60,000 nt of DNA from Lama glama (taxonomy: Eukaryota), in contig CM052817.1 in assembly GCA_028534125.1 (NCBI GenBank), positions 12,340,001 to 12,400,000 of the forward strand. The letters are read 5' to 3'. Each line of letters starts with the position of its first letter. The first letter of the stretch is position 1. The notes below the pieces were generated by a model that was not told where the DNA came from, did no database searches, and saw only the letters and a list, made by a program, of their open reading frames with translations. The position numbers and the translations under genes were made by a program. This document shows positions 13,370 through 27,529 of the stretch, in pieces.

Positions 13370-13990
13370 TTAAGTGAAGGATGTGAAAAAGCAATTCAAA
13401 GGAAAAGAAATATACATAGTAAACATGTTAAAGCACTCAATTCCACTAGGGATTAAATAAAAACATATTTACCACTTTTCACACACTAAATTGAAAAAAA
13501 AAAAAACAAAAACGGTTTAGAATGTCCATGTCAGTAGAGTGGTAGGAAGGAAGGATAAGTCTCATGCTCTGTTGCTGCATGTATAATTAGAACAATATTT
13601 TGGGAGTATTTAGCAAGTATCCTGAGAGATTTTAAGATACATATACTCTCTCGTGAATTTATTTCATGGTTAGAAATCAATCTTATTGAGATACTAATGG
13701 AAATCTACAGCCATTTATATGAAAAGGTATCTATTGCTAGACTATCTGCAGTTGTAAAAAATTAGACCAACTTAAATATCAAAAGCAGATGAAGGGACAA
13801 GTACACTGAGAAATACTATGCAATTTAAAGACAAATAAAGTTAGTGTGTGTACAATAACATGGAAAGATGTCAATGAGATACCATTTTATTAATAAAAAA
13901 AGGGAAAACAACATATGTAATATGACCTTCTATTTGTAACCATAAATATACACTTGAAAAAATGTTTTAGGTTTAGTATTAAAATGTTAA
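13370..13990 (+). mobile_element. Ancient L1 (L1ME-like) 3' fragment
   Basis: aagcaattcaaaggaaaagaaatatac, ctcatgctctgttgctg..gtataattag, aaatactatgcaatt, acatggaaagatgtc. Confidence 0.65.
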
Positions 13991-16459
13991 AGCTGAATTA
14001 TAATATTATTTTATAACCTATTCAGCAATGTTCCTGCAAAACCTGTGTTAAATAATTAATATTATTTATGCAATTATTTATTTAATATTTTAGGTCAACA
14101 GGCATAAATAGCAAAAGAACTGCAGTTGTCTTACCTAGAAATTAAAACTTAGAATAGAACAGTTGTACCGGAGATATGGCTGCCAACAGGGTATTTCCAG
14201 AAGTGTAAATTGAATTATTGTCAAAAGAGGGTAAAGAATTAAGATAAAAATTTCTGTTTCTTCTTTGCTGCTATAGATACAAAAGGATTAAAATGCATCT
14301 TTCTCTTTCTTTTTTCCTATTTAAAAAAAATAGTGCTTATCCTGGCATTTGTGTTCTACCGTATTTTAAGTTCTTTGCTTCTTTTTGCTTTGCTTTATTT
14401 GTTTAATGTGAATGGTTTTGTGAATAGATAGAAATATTTGATTTTAGAAAATAAGTCACCGCAATGCATGAGGTCAGATGTGATGGGGATGGGTAAGGTT
14501 GTAGACTGAAGAAGTCAGGGGGAAAGGAGAATGTCTTAATATTTAAATCCCAGTGGGAAAGATGCACATCCCCTGAGGCTAGGAAGAGTAAAGAGTGATG
14601 AAATTCTTATGTGATAGTCATGTGTACCCAACTGGTACCAACACCCCAAAGTGATAGAATATTATCTGGTGACGACTGTATGTTTGTTTTGAGACAAACT
14701 CTAGATTCTGTGTGCAGTGGATCTGGCTTGGTCCACAGTGACTTGATTCATCAGTCTTCTCCTAACTGAATATTCTACAAGGTCTTCATGAATAAAATGC
14801 AATGAGAACCAGAGACTCTTAGTATCTTTGGCTTTGTAAATTTAATATATCTTGTAAAATATGATGGGAAAAAGGAGGAAGTGGTTCTGACCTCAAATGA
14901 TTATATTGAACAATTTGCTAGGCAGAGATTGAGTTTAAAACAAGTGAAATTTGATTTATAAAAATAATAAAATATGGTCTATCTAGCTATAATTTCCACA
15001 TACATCAATTTCTTGGTTGTAGCTTCAAATAACATTATACAATTTAACGCTAAGTAGGTGGTTAATACATATGAGTTAATTATAACCTTAAAGTTTAATA
15101 TTTTAGAATTGGAAGCTATGACTTTAAAATTTCTTGGCCTTGATTAAAAGAAAGATAAACTGAAATCCAGAGGTGTCACGTGCCTTTCACAAGGACGTGT
15201 AGTGGCTTCTCTGGCTCTTTATAAGACATAAAATGAAATACAGGAAAATCTGTCTACAAGGAATCTGATAACTCCAGTCAGAATTGCCTGATTGGTTGGT
15301 TATTTGAATCATTTCCTCACTTATGTAATCCAATCAATGGCAAATATTGAGCATTAACTATCCATACTGATGGTTGAAATGTCCAGTTGAGTGGATTACT
15401 GAGTTCTGCTCCTTCTTATTGACTATTAAATCTATGATTTGCAATCTAATTAATATATTAAATAGCTGTTTTTCCAAAATTAACAAGAAAGACTTAAGTG
15501 TTTATTGTTTAGTTTTCTGTTTATTGTTATCTCCTGGAGAAGTTCATTAAGTTTACAAAGATTTTTACTTACTTGTGTTCCATTTAGAAATGCACCAACA
15601 ACTTATTAAAAATATAGAGCTATAGAATGAACTACACTGTGAATAAGAAAGCTAGGATGAAAAGCCAAAGTGGCTGGGTAATAAAATCAAGCTATGAAAA
15701 TATCTCACCAAGTTGAAACAATAGGTACTTGTTAACTTGAGAGGTGAAGATTAGTTGATAAAGATACAGTTAGGTTAAATAAATTAATTCTTAAACTGTG
15801 GGATATGGGAAAATTTGCTTAATAGCAATTCAAATAAAAATAACGTAGGTTTGATGTGATTGAAACTCAATATGTACTCAATATAACATGGATAGGAAAA
15901 TGCACAGTTGCACACAAAGAAACCTGACAAAAGAACAGGGAATGTGAGAGCATGAGTCAGCTGAGACAAATCAATGAAGCTACTAAAGGAAAACAGGAAG
16001 AAATCAAGGTAACATCATTAGGGAAAAGGAGATAAATGAAGTAGGTTAATAAGCTCAAGTGACAGATTTTTATAAATACTTATTTCTGAGCATTATAAAT
16101 TTCTTACAGAGCAGTTAGAGTTTTTACTAGAGAAGAAAGTCATTTTTTTCACAAAATTGTTGGCAAAATAAGACATCTGGTTCACTGAGGCTATATTCAT
16201 TAAGGGAGTATTTATTTTGCATTTTCTGTGCCACGCAGTGTCCATAATTGAATATTACTCTATTAGTAGTTGAGGCTGTAGTAAATATGACCCAGGTCTT
16301 AAGGTTTGTTAAAGAGTCAGTATACAACCAAACAAAATTGACATAATTAAATTGAAATGATTTGACAGTTTTTCTGGAGGCATTTCATAATTCTTTCTTT
16401 CATTTGATCCATCTTCCCTGTTTAAGGTGGCACAGGGTGAGCCACAGTGCTAAAGCAGT

Positions 16460-16710
16460 CTTGTGCTTCAGGTCACCCAGCATTTAGAGTGGACAGAAAC
16501 AGATACAGACGTGACAAAATAACAAGGCGACAGCTGCTTTATGGATGATGGAAGTGCAATGAGCTCTGTGGGTCCACAAAGGAAGATTAATTAATTCTTC
16601 AGAGATAAACTTTAAAGGAAGCAGGATGTTTGAATTGGGTCTTGAAGGACAAATATGAGTTAATCAGATTTTACTTGGGAGTGGAGAGATATTGCTTCCG
16701 TCAGTGAGAA
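16460..16710 (-). mobile_element. L2 LINE fragment
   Basis: ggatgtttgaattgggtcttgaaggac typical antisense L2 motif. Confidence 0.6.
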
Positions 16711-16889
16711 ACTTGCTGAAATATTTTAGGGCCACCATTACTAGCATTCAGGATCACAAAAAGTGCAGAATAAAATAACACGACCCTATCTCATGTACCA
16801 AAATCAATGTCTAATAAGACTTGATTTCTGTTTACCATTTTTTTTCCCTTGGGAATCTTCTGTCATTCAAGAATTAACCTGCTGTACCT

Positions 16890-17143
16890 TCAGCTGGGGA
16901 GGCTCCCTGATCCTACTCACCAAACTGGATTAGGTGTCCCTTCTCTGAGCTCCAGTGAGCACTGTGCGCATACTTCAGTCACAAGAGAAAGTGCTCTCAA
17001 GCACTTGTCACGTTTAATCGGCACAATAGATGTTTGTGTAAGTTGCCCCACTAGGCTGTGGGTTCCTGTGGACAGCTCTTATCAAAATGCCTGTCACATG
17101 GCAGGTGGTTCCATAAAGGTTGAATGAGTTAAATGATGAATGA
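16890..17143 (+). mobile_element. L2 LINE 3' end
   Basis: ccccactaggctgtgggttcctg..tgcctgtcacatggcagg..tgaatgag..gaatga tail. Confidence 0.65.
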
Positions 17144-17559
17144 GAAGAATATGGAGATTTTCAATTGTTTTATTTTGCAGTGAGTGTCAAATACATATTC
17201 AAGCAAAGGTTCCCAGTTGCCTAGGAAATTGATGACAAACTGCTTAGCACAGTATCTCCAAGCTCACAATCTCTCCTTAATCCATATTCCCATCCCTAGC
17301 CCACTGATCTGAACCTTATGCACCATCTGAACTGGAGTCTTCCTGAGCCTGCCTTGGACTTGTCATACCCCCCACTTTCCTTTGTATCCTCTCTTGCCTC
17401 CATTAGACTATGAGTAGTTAGTAAGCATTGACTAAGATTTGGAAGACAGATTCTAATCCTAGCTTAGTCAGGAATGCCTGTAAGACTGTGAACACACTGA
17501 TTAATTTTGAGTGTTTGATTTTATTATCATTAAATAGTTATTTGTCACTGCTGTCTTCT

Positions 17560-17722
17560 TACACCCTAAGTCTGCTCCCATGACTTTACCCAAAACAGTC
17601 TCTTTCCCTTGCTTTAACTTCCTTTATAATATGCGTCACTACCTGATGACCCAGAAACTAGAATAGTACCTAGCACAGAGTATATGATCAGAATGTATTT
17701 ACTGAATGAATAAATGAATGAA
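17560..17722 (+). mobile_element. L2 LINE 3' end
   Basis: ctagaatagtacctagcacagagta..tttactgaatgaataaatgaatgaat. Confidence 0.7.
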
Positions 17723-17857
17723 TAATTGCTTCCATGCTTATTTCATAACTCTGAAGCCCTTCAAACAGTCTTTGTCCAATATACCTTTGTGTCTCCAACA
17801 TGCTTAGACTCTGAACCAGTCATATCGTGGATTTTCCAGGGATATTTTTTTGCGTGG

Positions 17858-18349
17858 TGAAGGAGGAGAGAATGTGTCACTCCAAAGTGTGCCATTCTGG
17901 CATATTGATTATTTTAAATGAAAGTCACTTGAGAAACAGCTGGTTCAATAACACTCTGACCCTCCTTTGTCCCTCTGAAGGCAGGAAATAAATCTCCCAT
18001 GTGAAAAGTACCCTTCCTGTGCCAGGAGTAGAGAGACATCCTTATCACCAGAGATGGGGAATTTAGGGCTAAGACTGTGTAAACAAACCTTGTTACCTCT
18101 TCACCAATTTACTACCATGAGTCCAAGCTTCTTTGTCTTGTCAATTCTTCACAAATTTATTGTTTGTTTGTCTAGATGGTATAAAAGCTTCCTGCTTTGG
18201 TCACTTCTGGGAGTCTCATATCTTTGGGACTTCTGTGTGTATGAAATTAAACTTGTTTTTCTCCTCTTCATCTATCTTATGTCAATTTAATTGCTAGACC
18301 AGCCAAAGAACCTAGATGAGAAGAAGGGAAAAGCTTTTTGTCTCCTACA
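17858..18349 (+). mobile_element. ERV1 solo LTR (MER34-like), 492 bp
   Basis: TG...CA termini, flanks gtgg/gagg (3 of 4 match), TATAAAA at 18180, ATTAAA at 18246; tggcatattgattatttt and gcaggaaataaatctcccatg motifs. Confidence 0.85.
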
Positions 18350-18879
18350 GAGGTGAATGCATGGATAATGTTTGAATAAGTGGTTTTCATTTAAAACTAT
18401 AGTAACCGTAGCACAGAGGGAAGTCCAGATCTGTTCACTGTTGTATTAAAATCATGAACTAAATAGAACCCTAAAAGCATGTTCTTGAATAATTTTATGT
18501 ATCATGTACAAAGGATGTAATTAAGTAAAGACACTACTTTATGGTATTGGGAAAAAAGTCACAGTATCACACATTTTCTGGGGAGGAAACAGCAAACCTT
18601 GGGCACTCATTATTAGCTTATTTATATATATGTAGATATAATAATAGGAGTAAGGACTTTATGAAGTTGACTTAGAACAAAATTAGACTCCAACACTGGA
18701 AAGCAATTTCTAGCAGTTCTTTTCTTCTGTAGAAAAATGAAAAGAAAGCCCACCACAGCCCTAACATCTATCTGGATTGTATTACCTGTTGTCCTCTGAG
18801 GTCACTGTCATGTCTCCATTTCTCTGCTGACACAGTCAGCTCCACCAGGAATCCCTTGTGTTCACCTACCTTCACCTCC

Positions 18880-19160
18880 CAACCCCCTACCTATCTTGCA
18901 AAGCATCTTTCAGTCGCCTCCTCTTTAGAAGCTTGTGTTTATCAGATGTGGTTGTGCTCTCTTTTACCCCAACAACACTCTACATACATCACTCTTATCT
19001 CCTATGTCGCATATCCGATTCTGTTTTAGGACAGCCATTGTATATGGATCTTATTCTCCATGTTAGCTTACAAGACTCTTGAGAGCAGCGAATCCTTTAC
19101 TCATCTTTGCTTCCTAGCAAAGTGTCTTGAATTCAGATTGTATATAAACACTCTGTTCTA
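18880..19160 (+). mobile_element. L2 LINE 3' end, degraded
   Basis: ttagcttacaagactcttgagagcagcgaatcc..ctcatctttg..cctagcaaagtgtct. Confidence 0.55.
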
Positions 19161-19528
19161 TAAATTGAAATGGAACACTCCGTTTCCCGATGGGGCTGAC
19201 CTACTCCATTCAAGAGAAGCACAAGGGAGGCTCTGGATCCCTAGGTGTTCACACGTATCTGTGCATTTATCCAGGTACTCTAGCATTCCAACTGTGGCTT
19301 TGTATAAGGTATCAGCAGCCACAGTCAGGAAGAATGGGCCAAGAGGGGACGCACTAAATCTTGACTTTTTCATTCAGCTCCTCACTTACCGCTTTCACCT
19401 CAGTGCCTACAGATGCATGATTTCCAGGTCCAAGGCAGGGTAGAGGCTGTTGATACTATTTGGGGCATATTCCAGGCCACACTCTCAGTAACTATGGTAA
19501 TAGTTATAGGTAAAACAGCTGGTGGTAC

Positions 19529-20038
19529 TGTACCATATAAATGAGCCAAAGATGGCCTTCATGTGTTGGGGTCTAGGTGCTTATTCCTTCAATGCAGGCT
19601 CAGACTGGTTAGCTCAAAAGCCTGCAGGCCCCAACTTCAAATTTTTACACATGCAGTTATTTTTAAAATAATTCAGTATGTGGATTTTTAGAAGTTTAAA
19701 ACCTGCCTTCTTTGCATAGCCAGTGGAAACTCACCTCACATCTGCTGGCCATTGATAAGAGAGAGCCCCATTGTTGTTAGACTCCGGAGCTGTCTCTCTG
19801 AGGTCTCTGAACCAGAGACTCCCACCGGCTGCTAGCAACATCCCCTAGACATGTGAGCCCCTTCTGGATCCCCCTCTCTCCCAGGAGTTCCCTTGCCCAT
19901 CTCTCCATCTGGATGGTGGTCCCCTGGGGGCTCTTCCTCTTAAGGAACCCCGTCCAAGGACCACCCAACAAAGAGCACTGGGGTGCTGCCTATCATGGTC
20001 ATATCTTTTTCCTAGATCAGCCCCCAATACCTTCAACA
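19529..20038 (+). mobile_element. ERVL solo LTR (MER74-like)
   Basis: tgtaccatataaatgagccaaagatggcc..tagctcaaaagcct..caaatttttacacat..ends cttcaaca; TG/CA termini; no TSD visible. Confidence 0.8.
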
Positions 20039-21129
20039 GAATATCATCAAAGTCCTTTCTCAGAAGAAAAAAATAAGATAAATCTATTTATATATAGAGA
20101 GAGAGATCTATAAATATAAATATAGATAGCTGGATCGATATAAATATATACATAGATTCCCTTTTTATGTTGTTTTGCTTTGTTTTTCATTTTAACTCAC
20201 ATTTTGATTCTCTTATCCTTTTCCCTTTTAAACAGTCTCATGGGCTTTCTTTTCATCTATTTATGTTTTCTCTTGAAGAATAGATAGAATTTTAAACAGC
20301 ACAGGTTATGTAACACATAAAGATTAAAAAATAAGAGCAGAGAAGTCATACTGGAATGCGAACATGGTATTCAAACACACACATCCTGGTCCGCAAAGTA
20401 CCCTGCAAGAAAATCTGCTCAGCAAGCTTTCAGTGACCTGTACCTTAGCCGTACAATCTTTATCTAAGGTAGGGAGATTATGGCTATGAACCTTTTTTTT
20501 TCTTCTTTATGTAAACTGCATCCTTGATAAAGAAATACTAGCTCACACAGGCTTTCTCTCCACCACTCTTTATAGGCTCCAAGCCTGGTCATTTCCCATC
20601 ACCTTAGATACCATGAAACCCTTCCATGGCTTTCAATTACAATTAACTGTAATATCGCCTTGGCCTCCCTCTGTGTTCCTACTCTGCAGTTGTAATTGAA
20701 TGTGGACTTCTTGACAGCCCCAGCCCGGCATTTCATCATGGAAGGAAGCTCCTGACTTTCATCTAGACTGATTATGCAGGTATGAGTTTCCCATGGCAGC
20801 TGGCTGAGATCTCCGTGGCAGCTTGCCTCCCCCTGGCATGTATACTCTGTCACCAAAAGGCATTTTTATGTCTTTCTTTGCTACGTGTCCTTTATAGCTC
20901 CTTGCTAGACAAAACAATTCCTTAAGAGAAAAAAGGGACAGTGAAGGGAGGGCAGGGTGTGGGGAACCACAAAAGAATTGGAGGGGAGAAACAGGAAGAA
21001 AAGTGAGCAACAACTTCCCTTCTCTCAAATTGTCCTATTTAGTACGCCCTATAAAACTCTCAAAGGGGACTCAAGGGTTTTCAGAAGAAAGAAATAGGCA
21101 TTTACCAGACTTCTATGTAAAGAAACAAT

Positions 21130-21330
21130 TATATTGAATGCTGACTATTCCCTTAATACTGTAGCAAGCATTTAAGCTCCATCAACTCATTAAAAATTGA
21201 CAACAAATTAATTTGATGGTCACTATTATTCACCTATTTTACCAAAAAGTAAACTGAGCAAAGTTACACTTCCTAGTTAGTGAAGACGGGGCCTTGAACT
21301 GTACTCCTAAAACTTGCAGATCTTTCCTAC
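21130..21330 (-). mobile_element. MIR SINE
   Basis: tattgaatgctgactat..ctattattcacctattttac..aaactgag. Confidence 0.65.
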
Positions 21331-22849
21331 CCATAGCCATAAGTTTATTCAACCTCATGGTGAATCTGAAATACGTGTTATACCTTTGTTTTAGATGTAG
21401 ACACTAAGGTTTGGGAAATCTGCTCTTTACTCCTACGTATGTACTATATATAAACGTACCATCCCTTTAAAAGAACTGTGATATCCTACAGAAAAACTAC
21501 AAGCAGTAAATTAGGTCTTCAAAACGTAGAGCGGCTCCAAATTCAGACAGCTAGTGAGGTGATGGAAAGGGTTCAAGGACAAATACGTCTAGCTCCAAAA
21601 CACACTCACCTTCCATCACGGCTTATTGATTCCCTAGAGTAGCCTAGACAAAGGGGAACAAGCCAGTCTCATTCTAATAGGATATTTCTGGGTGAAATTT
21701 TTCTTAGATGTTATTTATTTGTAATAGTTCCAACCAAGTGGCCATATTTGCTAACAGTGTCAAAGTTATTTGGGCCCCTAGGACAGATATAGGCATTCAT
21801 ACAACAACAAAAAAAAGGAATGGAAAATTTGACAAATGACATCCCATTACACTAAGAAAATGGGGAAGAAAAACACTGTTCATTTTATTAGTCATCAAAA
21901 TAAGTCTTTATTTAAGGTGTCAGGTGGGAAGAGTTATTTAACAAGACAGGATGCTTAAGTGTTAATATTTTTACTCTGGGTATGGGATTTCTGATGATCA
22001 ATATGAGGAATCTCACCAAATAACCACAAAAAGGAAATCATACTGCCTGGAGCAATGCCAGTGTGAGAGGGAAGGAGTAAAGGGGACCTACTAAGTACGC
22101 AGGACAGTCTGCCAAAAGCCAGATTCAGGTTAACATACAGATTATTAGGGCATTTGATATATGGCTAATAAGGCCTGTTTTGCTTTATGGTAGCCTTTTT
22201 CAATTCTTATTTTCCATCACATAATTGACTTGCATGTGACGGAAATTTGATACCAACTTCACCATCCTGATAGAAGTATTTCTTGTTTTATTTTTTAATA
22301 GTATTTTTAATAATATTTTTACAATCTAATCCAGTATTCTAAAGGTGTTCTTTACAGACATCTCTAAGAAAATTCATTTACCTGTCCTCTATTCACTCAT
22401 ATTCATATCAGTACCATAGCAAGTACCGATACTCATTATCTTGTTTTCTTGCCATATCTCTGTTTCCTATTAAATGAAATTATTAAAGGAAGAAACACTA
22501 GCATTATAACCTATTTTTAAAAGTGTTCAGCTTTGTTCAAAGTAAGTTATCAATAAGCAATTAATTTATAATTGAAATTGTAGAATACAATCATCTGTGC
22601 CTCGATCTTTGTTTGTTCTGAGCCCATAGTGGAACTGGATAATGGGAAGTAGTCCTTTAAAAATGGAAAGCTGACTTAATACGTGTATGGTCGTGGTGGT
22701 AATGTTCTATCTTATTTCAGTTAAGATATAATTAATTAATCAACTAATTAGGTAAGGCACGATTCTTGCTGGAAAAGTACTGAGTGGCTTGTTGACTACA
22801 TGGTTTAAAGCCCTAAAATTTATAGACAGGAAGGAGTAGGTGTTTGATA

Positions 22850-23313
22850 CAGTCAGCTTGCCCATGGTATCCACTCTATGCTCCAGGAGACTGGCCACCT
22901 GAGGACTGCAGCCCAGTGTTCCCTTCTGGCTGTCTGGTTGTCATCTGGGTGTGGTCAGTGGGAAGCACAGGTCAGCATCAGAAGGAGGGAGGGGAATGAG
23001 GTCGGGGAATCTACTACCCTGGCTTTTGTTCCCTTGGGTCACCACAGTTGGATATGTCCTTCTACTGTAGGTCATAGTCCCTGTCAACCCCTGACTCTCT
23101 CCATGCCCTTGCCTTGCTAGGTTCCATAATCATGCTGCTACATTAGTTCCTCAGACCCAAAAGTGGGAAACGCCCCTGCTATCACCAGCTCTAGGAGTAA
23201 TGCACAGATTCACATTTTTTATCTAAACCCTCCACATCCTTGAATATAATCCCTTTATCAAACTCTCCTCAATTGCATAATTCAGTAATGCTTTTTCTTA
23301 CTGACAGAAAGAT
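22850..23313 (+). mobile_element. ERVL LTR (LTR33-like)
   Basis: ccttctggct..gggtgtggtcagtgggaagcac..ggagggaggggaatgaggtcgggg..tccctttatcaaactctcctcaatt. Confidence 0.75.
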
Positions 23314-24655
23314 ATGGAAAGTATCACATGTAGTGCTTGGCAATGATTTACAGAGCGTCTCTGTGGATGTGCCTTGCAGTAACTTGAAAAATATAAAATG
23401 CAGAAGCTGTGTCTTTACAAATTAAAGCTGAAATTTGAAAAATTCAAGTCCTTCTTCACACTTTTTTTACACAACCACAAACAATAACTTCCATTTCTTT
23501 GCCCTTGTACTGCACTGATGCGATTTGAATTTTCACTGTATCGGGAAAAGGACTAGGTGTGATTATGTGACTATAGCCACAAGTCTCAATAAAAGCAAGT
23601 GGCAAAATCAGAGTTGGTAGTAGTTAAAATACAATTAACTTGCATACATTTGTAAAATCAGCTTTACATTTTTAAAGGACTTCTTGGAATCAGTATAAAC
23701 AAAATTGAAGCACAGAAGATTGCACCCTAAAATTTCAATTCAATTTTATGAAATAGTGTAACAAAAATTTTAGTTCTTGTTTACCAGGTGTCTTTCCCAG
23801 ATACTTTCCAGTGTGTTATGAGTACAGCTTGAAGACCCCAAGTGAGAAGCAGTTTATGCATTAGTAAAATCTTTCCTCGTGAAAACAAGCAAAGGTGTTT
23901 TGATTAGAAATAGGTAGAAACCAATTTTGTTTTAAAGTGTGAGGGAAAATTTTGACTAATAGAAAATAAAATTATTCATTATATGGGAATACATATTAAC
24001 TGCCGTTAAAATTTATTAAATTGTACTTTTCAAATATATGGAGAAAACACCTTGCTGATAGTGAAATAGACTGTGAGCTCACTTGTATGTCAGAGGGACT
24101 TGACCTTTATCCAGTTAACTAAGGTACATTTATTACTATTGATAGATACCATTTATTTTTCTTCTTTCTAGTTCCACATATTCTATGTGTTCCTATTTTG
24201 ACAGTTTAAAATTGTGTTCTATTGACTGTGTATGTGTGGTTGAAAGAGATTTAATTTTCAGGCTATAAACATCAAAATTAAGTAATGCTTAATTACACTT
24301 TTATTTCTCAATTGTTTACTATTTCAGATATATATGACACATGTTTTTGATTGACTGCCATTAATACACATAAAATTTGCAAATTTTATAATTTTTCAGA
24401 ACACTGAAGTCAATAAAGTAATAATGTATTGTGTAACTACTTTTTAATAGTATTTATTCAGAAAACACATTTTAGCTTCTACTATATGCCAAGTAATGCC
24501 TAAAAGAAAATTTAGGAATTGAATACTAAAAATACTTGCAGTTTAATGAAATCACAGATACTTAATTAGATAATGTAGTATGAAGAGCTGTCAGTTCAAT
24601 ACATAACTTTATGTATAAACATATGAATATCAAATCACCGAAGTAAGAAAAGTGC

Positions 24656-25037
24656 TGTTGGTCAAGATAAATTATGCTGTGGCAACAAATAATCCCCATA
24701 ATTCGTATGCCTTAACATGATGGTATTTTATTTCTCTCTCCCTCTGTATGTTAAATGCAGGAAGGCAGGTTGCTCTAGTTATTAATAGACACCCAGAGAT
24801 TGCCCTAACAAAGGCTCGATCTTGACACAGGCGTTAATGATCACCATGACCAGGAACACATGACATATCACACACTGAATCTTAAAACTTCTACCTGGAA
24901 GAGACACACTTCACTCTCCCTTATGTTTCACTGGTCCAAGCAAGTGTTTGACCACACTTGCCCTCAGAGGAAGTAAAGAGGCACAACGTGTTTAGAAAAA
25001 GAGAACTGAAATATTTAACAGCTCAAATGCTTACACA
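24656..25037 (-). mobile_element. MaLR LTR (MLT1J-like)
   Basis: ttatgctgtggcaacaaataatcccc..cttaaaacttctacctggaagagacacac..tttcactggtccaagcaagt..gaactgaaatattt. Confidence 0.75.
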
Positions 25038-26469
25038 GTGTTAAATCTGAATATACAACGCAGCATATTCCACAGGGAAGGTAATACTTGAAATAATTCC
25101 TAAATAGGAGAAAACATTTTTTTAAGGTAGATTAGTTATTTCAAAAATAGTTTGCACCCTAATCTGTTCTACAGGTCCTTGTAACTTAATTTTTATTTAA
25201 TACTTTGTCATAATAAACAAGGATTTGTCTTTCTAGTTATTAGCCAATATCTTTATATATAAGATTTTTCTATGCATACAATATAGGTATATAACGATTT
25301 GACGTTTTTGAAAAGCCTAAAATATTTCATCTGTATTACTGTAAAGATAGTCTATGTCCTTTGTCACATACACAAACTGATGCCAATGTTTTTATAAGTT
25401 TATGAATGTGGTCTAAATTATTTTGAGAGGTTTGGGTTTTCTCTCATGCTAAATATTTCCCTCTAGTTCGTTGTTCTATGTTGTTTTCAAAGCAAAACTA
25501 GATACTACAATTTTGTTTTATTTATTAAGTGACCTTTATGAGTTTTGTGATGTTCCAATATACTGGATGCCCTGTATAAAAAAAGAAAAGACACAAATGC
25601 ATGCACAGATAAAGTTTTTTTTTCTTACATATCAGAAAATGATGTTTGGTTATAGTTGAGTAGAATTTGAACTTGGGAAAGTTGATGTTTCCTTCAAAAT
25701 TCAAAAGTGACAGTGCTAAAGCATATTCTGGCCCTGGGAAATTCAACTTACCAGTCAATTTTAGAACAAACATTAGAAGGTAAATGTTTTGTTTGAGAGC
25801 TCATCTGTGGAAGAAACTATAGAATATTTGATATTTTTTAAATGGGTCCAAAATAAATTTCAAATATAATATTAGAAAGGTTTTCAAAGGCTATAGATCT
25901 ACGAGAAAAGAGTTGTATTTTTACTTTCCTTTGGAAGACAGTATTGGATGGTGGGATTTTCGGTAATATATTCATAGTTTTCTTTAAAAGCCACATTTTT
26001 ATTTTTTCCCAAATGTTCAAAAAAATGCTGCCAACATCCTACCATTCTTTCCAAAGGAATTAAATTGATTTCCATCTTCAACTACAAGTACAGCTTCCTT
26101 TCCTTTATGAAGCTCCCTTTTCTCACTTTATTGCCTATTCTAATATTCGTTCTCATTTCCTCCAAGTACCTGCTTCTCTTCTCTCTAGACAGACTACAAT
26201 TTCCTGCCTGAATGTTCTGAGTTTCATTTTTTTTTATTTTCAATTCTATCTTCTGGGTTTAAAATCGTTTCTTCTCTTGTGTTTCAGTGAAATGCTACCA
26301 GTTTCTCTTTCAAGTTCCTTGGTTAAAAGAAATCAGAAATTGCAAGGAACCGACTTTAGATGCCCTCAGGATATGCATATACAGCCCTGGGAATGCTCAC
26401 AAATATGTATTACCATATATCTTGTACAGAAGAGGAAATTAAGGTTGAGAGACAATTATTATAATAAAA

Positions 26470-26640
26470 ATAATTACAGTAGTTAATGTATTTCTATCTT
26501 CTAGGCACCATGATTTGCCTGTTACAGAAATTATCTCATTTAATCCATACAGTAATTCCAAAAGATAGGTAGTATTATCTCCATTTTATAGAAGAAAATG
26601 AAACTCAAAAATATTAAATCATTGGCCTATACACTGTGGA
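26470..26640 (-). mobile_element. MIR SINE
   Basis: ttatctcatttaatcc..taggtagtattatctccattttatagaagaaaatgaaactca. Confidence 0.75.
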
Positions 26641-26825
26641 ATTTTAATTGGCACTCTATAAAGAGGCCCCCAAAATGTTAGTCACAAAATGATTCATGGG
26701 ACAATGATCATAATTTCCATGATTTTACGATGATTTATTTATGAGTTAACCCTCACTCTCATATCAGATTCATATATGCCAAAACATCGCACATGGTACG
26801 TTGATTTGTCCCGAGGTAACAAACA

Positions 26826-27188
26826 TATCTTAGTCTGTGTGGGCTGCTTTAACAAAACACCACAGAATGGGTAGCTCAGAAAGAGCAGAACCTTGTTTCT
26901 CACGGTTCCGGAGGCTGGAAGTCCAAGCTCAAGATGCCAATATGGTTGAGTTCTGGTAAATGTCACCTTTCTAGTTCATAACTGATGCCTTCTCTCTCTG
27001 TCCCCACATGGTGGATGGGACAAGGGCTCTCCAAAGCCTCTTTTATAATAGCACTAATCCCATTCACAAAGGCTGCACTCTCAAGAACTAAGCACCTCCC
27101 AAACACCCACCTCCTAACGCTGTCATCTTTGGAAGTTAGGACTTCAACATGTGAATTTTGGTGGGACACAAACATTCAGACCTTAGCA
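26826..27188 (-). mobile_element. MaLR solo LTR MLT1A0, near full length
   Basis: tcttagtctgtgtgggctgct..ggaggctggaagtccaag..ttcaacatgtgaattttgg..gacacaaacattcagaccttagca. Confidence 0.92.
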
Positions 27189-27529
27189 TTTGGTAATGTC
27201 ACCCCATAGATAGTCATTACTATATCATTACTTCTTTTTTTCAGTTGCTTTTAGCACATTGAGATGCAGCATAGTTAAATTGCCATTAGCTAAATAAATT
27301 TAAAAATACATTATTTTAAAAACTATTATTTTTTAAAATAATCTACTCTGTCATGACATAAGAAATGACTATAAAATGATATTTAGAGCCAAAAAATGTT
27401 TGCTGATCATCTCATGGCCAAAACTTATGAGACATATCAACATTCAAGATAAAGTATGCAATTTTTTTTTCCCACTTAAAAAGTGCAACTACCCCGATCA
27501 GCTGACATTTTTATTGGCATTGTGGAGAA

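Noticed and set aside
15174..15183. GTCACGTG E-box
   Set aside because: Sits in a degraded MIR-like core; a single short motif with no supporting context
20075..20155. Imperfect AT-rich hairpin downstream of the MER74-like LTR
   Set aside because: Low-complexity (TA)/(GA) sequence is trivially self-complementary
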